Shown here one piece after another: positions 45,876-54,533 of a stretch of DNA of 63,305 nucleotides (position 1 is the stretch's first letter; each line of letters starts with the position of its first letter). Origin of the DNA: an uncultured Pseudomonadota bacterium (GTDB taxonomy: Bacteria > Pseudomonadota > Alphaproteobacteria > RF32 > CAG-239); the NCBI GenBank assembly GCA_902793695.1, contig CADBEI010000014.1:1-63305 (forward strand). Direction: 5' to 3'. The translations under genes were made by a program, and so were the position numbers. A model generated the notes under the pieces. That model was not told where the DNA came from and did not search any database. It worked only from the letters and a program-made list of their open reading frames with translations.

Positions 45876-46340
45876 TTATTTTACATCGTTTTTGGCGTAC
45901 ATTCGGCTCTTTCTTTGGTCTTCAATATAAGCAAGAAAGAGTATGCCGACAACACAAATCAGAATTCCGCCCAAAGCCACAACAAGTATGGTGTAGTTTC
46001 GGTGAAATGCTTGTTCAATCTGTTCTTCGGTCCACTTGCCGAGCATAAACTGCACACCTTTATAAGAGGTATTACCCTCCATCATAACAACCGTAACCAA
46101 CATACCGTCGACCGGCACGATGGTAATGTCACCGCCGACACGCGGATGTGTCTCTCCTACATATACACATTTTACGGGATAACGTACGGAATCAATCTCA
46201 ACAAAAACTAAACCGCTATCGTCAACAATGTTGGAAACTCCCAAAATTTTCGGTTCAACAGGGGCACTGTCAAAACAGGAACAGCTGACAAACAGTAATG
46301 CAATAAGCACACCGACCAAAATCAATAAAACTTTTTTCAT
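45876..46340 (-). CDS. hypothetical lipoprotein with a C-terminal TM segment
   Basis: 'MKKVLLILVGVLIALLFVSC' lipobox-like. C-terminal 'ILVVALGGILICVVGILFLAYI'. Confidence 0.55.
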   Translation of the reverse strand: MKKVLLILVGVLIALLFVSCSCFDSAPVEPKILGVSNIVDDSGLVFVEIDSVRYPVKCVYVGETHPRVGGDITIVPVDGMLVTVVMMEGNTSYKGVQFMLGKWTEEQIEQAFHRNYTILVVALGGILICVVGILFLAYIEDQRKSRMYAKNDVK

Positions 46341-46521
46341 AATTATATATGTTAAGTTAAAAATTTCATCATAATTTATATTCGGAGACAATGTAACAAA
46401 ATAAAACGGTTAAGTCAATGATTTTTCATAAAATGACAAATTTTATTGAAAAACAAAAGATTAAATATAAGGTATTATAATACCTCTATGTTAAAATATT
46501 GAAAAAATATAAATTTTTTAG

Positions 46522-46550
46522 TTGACAAGTGCAAAACTTTATGTATATTA
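46522..46550 (+). promoter_or_regulatory. sigma70-like promoter of rplM-rpsI
   Basis: TTGACA at 46522, then TATATT 16 nt downstream. Confidence 0.55.
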
Positions 46551-46586
46551 ACACCGAATTAACATTAACTTTAGAGAGAGATTAAA

Positions 46587-47057
46587 ATGATTTCTACACA
46601 TACAACAAAACCGTCGGACATCGAAAGAAAATGGTATGTTGTCGATGCCGAGGGTGTTATTTTAGGTCGTCTTTCCGCTGAAATCGCCAAGATTCTGCGC
46701 GGCAAGAATAAGCCTTATTTCACACCGAACTTGGATTGCGGCGACTATGTCGTTGTTATCAATGCCGACAAAGTTAAATTGACCGGCAAAAAGCTCGCCA
46801 ATAAACACTATTATAAACACACCGGTTATATCGGCAGCGTAAAAGATACCACAGCCGGTAAAATCTTGAGCGGTCGTTTTCCGGAACGCGTAATTCAAAA
46901 GGCTGTTGAACGCATGATTTCGCGTAATCCGCTCGGCCGTCAGATGATGACAAAACTTAAAGTTTATGCCGGTTCTGAACATCCGCATACAGCTCAAAAT
47001 CCGATTGTTTGGGATTTTGCTTCTCAAAACTCTAAGAATAAAAGGAGTGCATTATAA
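46587..47057 (+). CDS. rplM: 50S ribosomal protein L13
   Basis: '[40 protein letters not shown]'. Confidence 0.97.
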   Translation: MISTHTTKPSDIERKWYVVDAEGVILGRLSAEIAKILRGKNKPYFTPNLDCGDYVVVINADKVKLTGKKLANKHYYKHTGYIGSVKDTTAGKILSGRFPERVIQKAVERMISRNPLGRQMMTKLKVYAGSEHPHTAQNPIVWDFASQNSKNKRSAL

Positions 47058-47500
47058 TGGTTGCTAAAAAGAAAATTGAATCTTTGCAGGATATTAAAGC
47101 TGCAACAGCCGCGGCCGAAGAGCCGAAGGCAACCCGTAAGGCGGTAAAAGATAAGAAAGGTCGTTCTTATGCTACCGGTAAACGTAAAGATGCCGTTGCT
47201 CGCGTTTGGATTATGCCGGGTAAAGGTAATATTACCATTAATGATAAATCCATCGACGAATATTTTGCTCGTCCGGTTTTGAAAATGGTTATCAATCAAC
47301 CGTTTGCCATCACCAATCGTGAAAATGAGTTTGACGTTATCTGCACCGTTAAAGGCGGCGGATTGTCGAACGAATACGAGCCGGAATTGCGTGCAACATT
47401 GAAGAGCGCAGGCTTCTTAACTCGTGATGACCGTGTGGTTGAACGTAAGAAATACGGTAAAGCTAAAGCTCGTCGTTCTTACCAATTCTCCAAACGTTAG
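47057..47500 (+). CDS. rpsI: 30S ribosomal protein S9 (with an apparent internal deletion)
   Basis: '[24 protein letters not shown]', 'TVKGGG', '[25 protein letters not shown]'. The segment equivalent to E. coli '[14 protein letters not shown]' is absent. Confidence 0.9.
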   Translation: MVAKKKIESLQDIKAATAAAEEPKATRKAVKDKKGRSYATGKRKDAVARVWIMPGKGNITINDKSIDEYFARPVLKMVINQPFAITNRENEFDVICTVKGGGLSNEYEPELRATLKSAGFLTRDDRVVERKKYGKAKARRSYQFSKR

Positions 47501-47523
47501 TCTCGTTTGCAAGAACAAAATTC

Positions 47524-47553
47524 AAAAGGTCGCTTTCTGGCGGCCTTTTTTTT
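47524..47553 (+). terminator. intrinsic terminator after rpsI
   Basis: Stem aggtcgc/gcggcct followed by tttttttt. Confidence 0.7.
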
Positions 47554-47612
47554 GTTGCATATATGGCATAAATATGTTATAAACGTTGCATAACAATAAA
47601 AGGAGTAAAATA

Positions 47613-47837
47613 ATGTTATCATATAAGCCGACGGTGTATGAACAAATCGTAACTGATTTTTTAAACGGCAAAAAATTACGCTATAAAGATTATAAAAAAG
47701 AACTTACCGAACGCGGTTGGGCGGATAAACGCTATTTTGATGCTTATGTCGAGGATATGCGATTTATTCGCGATATGATGTTAAAGGACGGATTTAATCG
47801 CGAACTTGCCGAGAAAATATCGGGTAAATTATACTAA
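47613..47837 (+). CDS. small hypothetical protein (74 aa), possibly the frameshifted N-terminus of the next gene
   Basis: RBS aaaggag precedes the ATG at 47613. Its end overlaps the open frame of the downstream gene. Confidence 0.45.
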   Translation: MLSYKPTVYEQIVTDFLNGKKLRYKDYKKELTERGWADKRYFDAYVEDMRFIRDMMLKDGFNRELAEKISGKLY

Positions 47838-47865
47838 AAAGCAGTTGTCTTCTTTTACCGATGAT

Positions 47866-49116
47866 ATGAATTCGGTGCAAAAACTGATTAAAAATCCGAA
47901 GTTTAATCTGCGTTTGGCTGCCGACATCGTTAAAAATTACCATCCATCGAATAATAAAGACGTGTTGCGCTATGCTTTATTTGATAAAGAAAAACAAATT
48001 GTTCTTGAGGCCGAAAAAATGGGAATGTTTCAAGACGGCGAAGTGATTGAATATGATGGTTACAAGCGCAAAATAGAAGCGCATGATTATCTTAATTTAC
48101 CGGATAAAGCCGATGCTTTTGTGATTTTCTCCGGCCATCCGGGATCGGCCGAGCCGGCAATGGAAGCTTGGTTTGAAGACTATAAACGCACCGGTAAAGC
48201 TAAAAAACTCATCTTTTTGGGGTTGTATGACAATCAGGGCAATACCGATTTCAGCCATGAAGATTTGAAATTCAATACCGGCAGCGAAGTCGAAATGTAT
48301 GTGCGCTATTGCCGCGGGTGTGGAATTTCCGAGGAAATTATCAAAGAATGTCTGGTAACGCCGAATGATACGTCAACCGAAGAAAATACCGCCCTGTTGG
48401 CCGAGATTCGCAACAAATACTTTGCCGCCGATAAGGAGGTTAATTTTGTGATGTTCGGCTATCCGGCTTATCAAAAACGCATTGCTTCGGAGTTTTCCTT
48501 TAAATTCCAAGAAATGGAAGATGCAGGGAAGGTGGCTCCCAGCAATTTTATCATGCCGGTAGTACAACCCGAACAAAGGGAGGCCTATCGCTATCTTTCG
48601 TATGATAATTTGGATGGGATAGCTTTGGATATTATTCTCAGTAATTGTATGGCGCATCCGTATCGGGTTTCTGCCGGCGGGCGCTTTGATTCTAAATTAG
48701 GAGAATATCCGGAAAGATTTAAGCCATATTTGCCGTTGGGGCTGGTGTATTCTTATCCGAATGTGGCAAACGAATTGGCCGGTACCGATACCGATGTTGC
48801 CACGGTGATGAAGCTGTTGCGGGCAATACAAGACAAAGCATACGGCTGGGAAGATGCCAAAAAAGTTGATAACACCATTGCCTACAATGTTCTGACTTTC
48901 CGTAAACGTATGGCGCGTAAAGGGATGCTTTCTGCCGAAGTGGCATTTCACGGCAATAAACAAAGCAAGGAACAAAACTTAAAAGTGATTGCCGCTACAA
49001 CTCACAGCTATGAAGACGAGGCCAAAATCATTATGGGTTCGGATACGGTCAGCCCGAAAAAATTACAGGGTGTTGTTGAATATTTACAACACGAAAATAC
49101 CGTAAAGGAGAAATAA
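47866..49116 (+). CDS. DUF218/YdcF-like protein (putative)
   Basis: 'AFVIFSGHPG', 'GSEVEMYVRY....GI........PNDTSTEENTALL' (S.NT.EN-like). The frame is open from 47806. The first ATG is at 47866. Confidence 0.55.
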   Translation: MNSVQKLIKNPKFNLRLAADIVKNYHPSNNKDVLRYALFDKEKQIVLEAEKMGMFQDGEVIEYDGYKRKIEAHDYLNLPDKADAFVIFSGHPGSAEPAMEAWFEDYKRTGKAKKLIFLGLYDNQGNTDFSHEDLKFNTGSEVEMYVRYCRGCGISEEIIKECLVTPNDTSTEENTALLAEIRNKYFAADKEVNFVMFGYPAYQKRIASEFSFKFQEMEDAGKVAPSNFIMPVVQPEQREAYRYLSYDNLDGIALDIILSNCMAHPYRVSAGGRFDSKLGEYPERFKPYLPLGLVYSYPNVANELAGTDTDVATVMKLLRAIQDKAYGWEDAKKVDNTIAYNVLTFRKRMARKGMLSAEVAFHGNKQSKEQNLKVIAATTHSYEDEAKIIMGSDTVSPKKLQGVVEYLQHENTVKEK

Positions 49117-49727
49117 TGCTTAAAACAGTAGGAATTATCGGCGACAGTATCGCTCACGGTTTTTATGATGCAGAGGATTTAGGTTGGGTTGCCCGTTTAG
49201 GTAAAATGATGTTGCGGGCATATAGCGGCAGATATGTGTTCAACAATATGTCGCAATCCGGCGATAATATAGCCGATGCCTATCATCGCGCCGTACACGA
49301 AGTCGGTTCGCGAGAGCTTGATTTGATTATCGTTAATGTAGGTATCAATGATTTACGCCGTCGTAAGAATAGCAATTTACAACTCGATTTTTCGGAAGGC
49401 GCTCGCATGATGTATTGGCAGAAGATGCTCAAGTTTCTGCAATCAACCGGCGCTAAAATTGTGGTAACCGACTTACTGCCTGTGGTTGAAACAAAATATA
49501 CAGAGGATGCAAGTTTAATTCGGTACAATAGCGATGTTGTGCGTTATAACGAAATAATCAAAGATATATGCGCCGAATATAAGATATTGTTTTTTGCGCG
49601 TTACGATGTATGGAAAGTTCGCGATTTGGATAGTCTGTATCAGGATGCGACTCACCCTAATGCTGAAGGTCATCAACTGTTGGCTGAAGAAATTTTTGAG
49701 TTTTTACAAAACAATTCTTTATTATAA
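49116..49727 (+). CDS. SGNH/GDSL-family hydrolase
   Basis: Block I 'IIGDSIAHG', block III 'GINDL', block V 'DATHPNAEGH'. Confidence 0.85.
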   Translation: MLKTVGIIGDSIAHGFYDAEDLGWVARLGKMMLRAYSGRYVFNNMSQSGDNIADAYHRAVHEVGSRELDLIIVNVGINDLRRRKNSNLQLDFSEGARMMYWQKMLKFLQSTGAKIVVTDLLPVVETKYTEDASLIRYNSDVVRYNEIIKDICAEYKILFFARYDVWKVRDLDSLYQDATHPNAEGHQLLAEEIFEFLQNNSLL

Positions 49728-49729
49728 AA

Positions 49730-49761
49730 TTAATCCCCACCGGTTTAGAGGCGGGGATTAA
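49730..49761. terminator. hairpin between convergent genes
   Basis: 9-bp stem ttaatcccc/ggggattaa. The T-run is present only on the minus strand. Confidence 0.5.
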
Positions 49762-49765
49762 ATCG

Positions 49766-50266
49766 TTAAAGCATACCGCAGTAGCGCACGTTAGCAACCG
49801 TGGCGGAAGATACACTGTCTTCGGGCATAGCAACACGGTTACCGTTGAAGGTAATCACCCAATTGAGGCGACCGCCGCGGGCAAAGTAGTTTCCTTCAAG
49901 CGGAGACTGGCCCATAGCAAGCAACTGTGCATTGAGGGCGTCCTGTAACTTGTAGACTTCGAGCCAGATGTCGCGATCGGGCAGGCGTTTCTCGTCAACG
50001 TGATGACGGAGCTTTCCTTCTTCCTGTGCCAGTTCCAGATACCAGTTGCCGGCAAACGGGAAAATACCGATGGGATTCATCTCGCATCCTTTGTCAAACG
50101 ATAAACGTTTGGGAACACCGTTAACCAGACACAACAAGTCGAACTTCTGTAGCAACAACTCGGGATTCTGTGCCATCTCATTTTTCAAATCTTCAAAACC
50201 AATGCCGGTAGCCGACATCTGACGTAAGATATTAATCATTACGTTCTTTTTGATATTGTCCTTCAT
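49766..50266 (-). CDS. hypothetical protein with atypical codon usage
   Basis: 166-aa ORF. It prefers ccc/gac/ctc/aag, whereas the rest of the window prefers ccg/gat/ttg/aaa. Confidence 0.6.
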   Translation of the reverse strand: MKDNIKKNVMINILRQMSATGIGFEDLKNEMAQNPELLLQKFDLLCLVNGVPKRLSFDKGCEMNPIGIFPFAGNWYLELAQEEGKLRHHVDEKRLPDRDIWLEVYKLQDALNAQLLAMGQSPLEGNYFARGGRLNWVITFNGNRVAMPEDSVSSATVANVRYCGML

Positions 50267-50381
50267 ACGCTAAATAATATAATAATTGTAAAAATATTGC
50301 ACTGATACTAGCACAATTTATCATAAAATCAACAAAAATTTTGTCTGAAATTCAATCTTGTTTTCGATTTGCTTTATAAAC

Positions 50382-50409
50382 TTGACAACGCAAAATAAAA
50401 AAATATAAT
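50382..50409 (+). promoter_or_regulatory. sigma70-like promoter
   Basis: TTGACA (50382), 16-nt spacer, TATAAT (50404). Confidence 0.6.
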
Positions 50410-50453
50410 CGGAAACAGATAAGGATTATTGATAAATTTTAATAACTATAATT

Positions 50454-50795
50454 ATGGCAAAAAAAGAAATTACGCTCCGTGAATTTAAAAAAACGATAGA
50501 GCAAATGATTGAAGGAGACCGCATTATCTCCGATCGCGGAAAAAACAACAACTATCTGAATGTGTTGAACAACATCCGACAAGCTGCCGATGAAGATTTA
50601 CTGAAGGCTAAGCTTTATGCCGATTTGGGGCTGGATTCACTCGATTTGTGGGAGACAGTCTGTATGATTGAACGCGATTATGACGTGCATGTCATCGATG
50701 AAATTGATACGGCTTTCGGCACCGGCATTGGTCTGACGGTGGAAAAATATCTGCAAGCCGTGAACGAATATCAGATTGATTCGGAAAACTTATAA
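50454..50795 (+). CDS. acyl-carrier-protein-like protein
   Basis: 'DLGLDSLDLWETVCMIERDY' matches the ACP phosphopantetheine-attachment motif (DSL). N-terminal extension of about 40 aa. Confidence 0.6.
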   Translation: MAKKEITLREFKKTIEQMIEGDRIISDRGKNNNYLNVLNNIRQAADEDLLKAKLYADLGLDSLDLWETVCMIERDYDVHVIDEIDTAFGTGIGLTVEKYLQAVNEYQIDSENL

Positions 50796-50919
50796 AAACA
50801 AGCGTCTGTATATAAATTACGGACGCTCGTTTTTTTATTATAAACAACCGCTTGCGGCATCGCTTGACTTATCGATTGATTTTATATATTTTGAGGCGGA
50901 TTTGAGAAAGGATAAACAG

Positions 50920-51698
50920 ATGATGAAAATTGCATATCAGGGCGTACCGGGGGCTTATTCGCATATTGCTTGCGGAACTTTGTTTCCCAAACAGGAATAT
51001 ATTCCGTGCGATACATTTGAAATTGCGATGGAATTGGTCAAGAACGGTGATGTCGATAAAGCGGTGATTCCGGTGGAAAATTCCAATGCCGGTCGTGTCA
51101 GCGATGTGCATTTTTTGTTGCCTGAAGCCGGACTTCATATTGTCGGTGAACATTTTATGCGTATCGAACATCAGCTTTTGGCCGTTAAAGGAGCCAAATT
51201 GCAAGATATTCAAAGTGCAGCCTCACATCCGCAAGCGTTGGCGCAATGTTCGGAATTTCTGAAGGCTCACAGTATTAAAGCAGTTTCCCGTATTGATACA
51301 GCCAAGTCGTGCGAAAAAATAGCGGTAGAACAGGATAAGACCAAGGCAGCAATAGCCTCCAAACTGGCAGCGGAAATTTACGGACTTGATATTTTGGCTG
51401 CGAGGAGGAGTTTCCGGTAAATGACGGCGGACGCTTTATTACATCAATCGTGTTTGTAACCAAGCATATTCCGGCGGCGCTGTATAAGGTTTTGGGCGGA
51501 TTTGCCACCAACGGTATCAATATTTCCAAGCTGGAAAGTTATTTGATTAACGGTAAATTCTTTTCGGCACAGTTTTATGTTGAGGTGGAACAACACGTCC
51601 ATTCACGCGCTTTACAATATGCTCTGTCCGAGTTAAAATTCTTTTCGGAAGAATATCAAATTTTGGGATGTTATCCGGCGAGCGAATATCGCAGATAA
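50920..51698 (+). pseudogene. pheA: prephenate dehydratase, interrupted by a frameshift
   Basis: The PDT domain ('IAYQGVPGAYSH', 'VIPVENSNAGRV') ends at a stop at 51418. The ACT domain ('PAALYKVLGGFATNGINISKLESY') continues in the -1 frame, which is open from 51390. Confidence 0.75.
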
Positions 51699-51702
51699 AA
51701 GC

Positions 51703-53175
51703 TTATTCTTCAATTTGTTTACCATAAAGCAACCAATCGTAAATTTTAGATGATTTACGAATTTCGTTGTTCATATCTTCAATAGATATTTTATCTTCCG
51801 TCAGCGTAGGTTCGGCAGAAAATAACGAAGTACCGAGTCCTAAACGGTGTCCGTTGATTTGTGCTCCCATACTTTCCATAATCGTCGGATAAATATCAAA
51901 CGGGGTAAATATACGGTTTTTGCTGTTTTGTGTCGACACTGCCGAATTGATAAAAATGTTCAACGGTTTGCGATTCATTTCCGGCTTAAAAGCATCGTTC
52001 ATCATCAGATGGTCGCCGAGCAAAACTACGGTAGTATTTTCATAATACGGCTGTTGTTGTAACCACTCCACAAAATTATTGATTTGTCGACTGGCACAAG
52101 AAACCACATTTGGCAGATTTTGTTCATCGCCGTATTTACGCTCGCATATCGTATCGGAAAAATCCTGCGTACCGAAATGCGTATCCAAGGTCATCAGTGT
52201 GAACACAAACGGTTTTTTTTGTTCGGCCAATAAGTTAAGTTCTTCCTTTGCCAATGGAAACAGTTGCTCATCCGGCATATTTTGCCGCCGCTTTTTGTAC
52301 GAGAATTTGCTCATGGAACGCGTAAAGTACAAAGTATCCAGAAAACGCTGTTCGCCGTGAGTTTTAACAAACCGATCCATACCGCCGAATTCGCCGTTTG
52401 AACCTATCATAAAGCTTTCGTTATAACCTTGTTGGCGCAAAACGTCATACAAACACCACGCGTTCGGATAAAATTCATTTTTCGGCTGGAAAAAATTGGC
52501 TTCGCGTATCGGTAGTTGAATCGGGGCGCCACAGGTTTTGGCAAACAATCCCGCCTGAGTCCATTGAGTGCCGTCCACCGGATGTGCCCCGCCGATATAC
52601 GGATTATCGCTGAAGTTAATGTTATTATCGGCCAAAGCGTGCAGTTCCGGAATTAAATCGGCATTCCAATAATCGTGCAGAGGAGTTTGGGCAAAAGTCG
52701 CCTCAATGCTTTCCATAAAAATGATCACCAGATTGCGCGGACGCTCCGGAAATGTTATTTGTGTCTGTTGCGGATATACATAGTATTGCTCATAAAAGTT
52801 TGAGGTCTGTCTTTTGTAATGCTGATGATTAATCATCGCCCAAACATTCATCTTAAGGCAATAGTAAACCACGCAAAAAACAAACCATAGCAGCGATATG
52901 GCCCAACGATGCCGATATATATAATTTCGGCAGTTTTCGATTTTTTTAAACTTCCAATGATATTTTTGCGAAAATAAAATCCATAACACCAACGCAATAA
53001 TGGCACCGGTCATCACAGTATTTTGCAAATAGCTCAAAACCAACCGTATTTCTGAGCTGAACGGCATATTCAAATGAAAGATTATCTGCTCGTAAGTTAC
53101 CGGACCGTATTTGCGAATTACCCAACTTGCGGATGATAAAAACATATAGCCGAAAAAAAATATCAGCAAAGGCAT
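51703..53175 (-). CDS. LTA-synthase/phosphoglycerol-transferase-like sulfatase-family membrane enzyme
   Basis: N-terminal TM segments, then 'NLVIIFMESIE', 'TLDTHF' and 'VVLLGDH' of the alkaline-phosphatase superfamily. An alternative TTG start lies at 53220. Confidence 0.8.
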   Translation of the reverse strand: MPLLIFFFGYMFLSSASWVIRKYGPVTYEQIIFHLNMPFSSEIRLVLSYLQNTVMTGAIIALVLWILFSQKYHWKFKKIENCRNYIYRHRWAISLLWFVFCVVYYCLKMNVWAMINHQHYKRQTSNFYEQYYVYPQQTQITFPERPRNLVIIFMESIEATFAQTPLHDYWNADLIPELHALADNNINFSDNPYIGGAHPVDGTQWTQAGLFAKTCGAPIQLPIREANFFQPKNEFYPNAWCLYDVLRQQGYNESFMIGSNGEFGGMDRFVKTHGEQRFLDTLYFTRSMSKFSYKKRRQNMPDEQLFPLAKEELNLLAEQKKPFVFTLMTLDTHFGTQDFSDTICERKYGDEQNLPNVVSCASRQINNFVEWLQQQPYYENTTVVLLGDHLMMNDAFKPEMNRKPLNIFINSAVSTQNSKNRIFTPFDIYPTIMESMGAQINGHRLGLGTSLFSAEPTLTEDKISIEDMNNEIRKSSKIYDWLLYGKQIEE

Positions 53176-53259
53176 TGTTTGTGTTCCCAAAGTTTTAATT
53201 ACATACCTTAATACAAACAATAAGTCTTTATATCAAGTGTTTTCTTAACATTATGCGCA

Positions 53260-54414
53260 TTATTTAAATTCGATGCATTTCTTTTTGGGATTATATGAAA
53301 TCGTCAGTTTGCCGCGGCACAATTGTTCGGCAAATTGTCCGAAAATCTCATGGCGCCAACCCTGCATGGTGTGAGTATTTTCCGGCTGATTTAAAATGAT
53401 ATAGCGCAAATCCTCGTCCGAAGCAATTAATCGGGCAATAACGCCGGATTCCTGACTTTTGATTTTGAGCAACAGTTTCAATATTTCTGCCAGACTTTGT
53501 TCGTGATTCGGGATATTACAACTTTGCTTACGATCGGCACGACAAACATCTGCCGGCATCGGATTTTCTCTGGCTTTATCAAGAACTTCCATAATTTCGG
53601 CACCCAGACGGCCGTTGGCAATTTCACTTTTGAGATTGCGTACGTGCTTTAAATCATCAATGGTTTTCGGACAGGTACTGGCAATATTAAGCAAAACTTC
53701 GTCTTTCAGAATACCGGAACGCGGAGTATTGAATTTTTGCGCACGTCGCTCGCGCCATTCGGCCAAATATTTCAAAGCCGCCAAAAAATGCGCAGAGTGA
53801 GCAGTATGCTTAACCCGAAGCCACGCTTCTTCCGGCTTGATGCAATAGGCGTTTTCATCACACAGACAACAGATTTCTTCGTCAGCCCAATCGGTACGGT
53901 TGTGTTCTTCCATATATTTTTTCAAATATTTATAACACTCAACCAGATAAGTTACGTCGCATATGGCATATTGCAGTTGCGATTCGTCAAGCGGACGAAG
54001 GCTCCAATCGGTCAGACGTTGCGATTTATCCAAGTCAACATGTGTAATTTCTCGCACCAGATTACCATAGCCGATGTTTTCGGCAAAACCGCAGACCATT
54101 GCGGCAATTTGTGTATCAAATACATTTTTCGGAGTTTGTCCGGTCAAATTATAGAATATTTCTATATCTTGTTTGCCGGAATGAAACACTTTGACAACAT
54201 TCGGGTTTTGTAAAACCTCAAAAAATGCGGATAAATCAGCCTTGGAAAGCGGATCTATAATAGCCGAGTCGCCGTCATAAGCCACTTGTATCAGGCACAA
54301 TTTCGGATAATACGAATGTTCGCGGATGAATTCGGAATCAACGGTTATAAATGATTGTTTTTGCAATATTTTACAAAATTCATTCAATTTTTCGGTATTG
54401 TCAATCAAAAGCAT
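53260..54414 (-). CDS. rnd: ribonuclease D
   Basis: DEDDy exonuclease 'ITVDSEF', 'VFHSGKQDI', 'YAICDV', plus an HRDC region. Confidence 0.9.
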   Translation of the reverse strand: MLLIDNTEKLNEFCKILQKQSFITVDSEFIREHSYYPKLCLIQVAYDGDSAIIDPLSKADLSAFFEVLQNPNVVKVFHSGKQDIEIFYNLTGQTPKNVFDTQIAAMVCGFAENIGYGNLVREITHVDLDKSQRLTDWSLRPLDESQLQYAICDVTYLVECYKYLKKYMEEHNRTDWADEEICCLCDENAYCIKPEEAWLRVKHTAHSAHFLAALKYLAEWRERRAQKFNTPRSGILKDEVLLNIASTCPKTIDDLKHVRNLKSEIANGRLGAEIMEVLDKARENPMPADVCRADRKQSCNIPNHEQSLAEILKLLLKIKSQESGVIARLIASDEDLRYIILNQPENTHTMQGWRHEIFGQFAEQLCRGKLTISYNPKKKCIEFK

Positions 54415-54533
54415 TTTTTTACCTCCGCGTTAATAATAACAAACAGTGCTTAATATTTTTTTAATTTAAGGTTGATTTTATCATAATTTAGCTTTAGAAC
54501 AAGGTAATGGTTTTAATAATTAAAGAGGAAATA

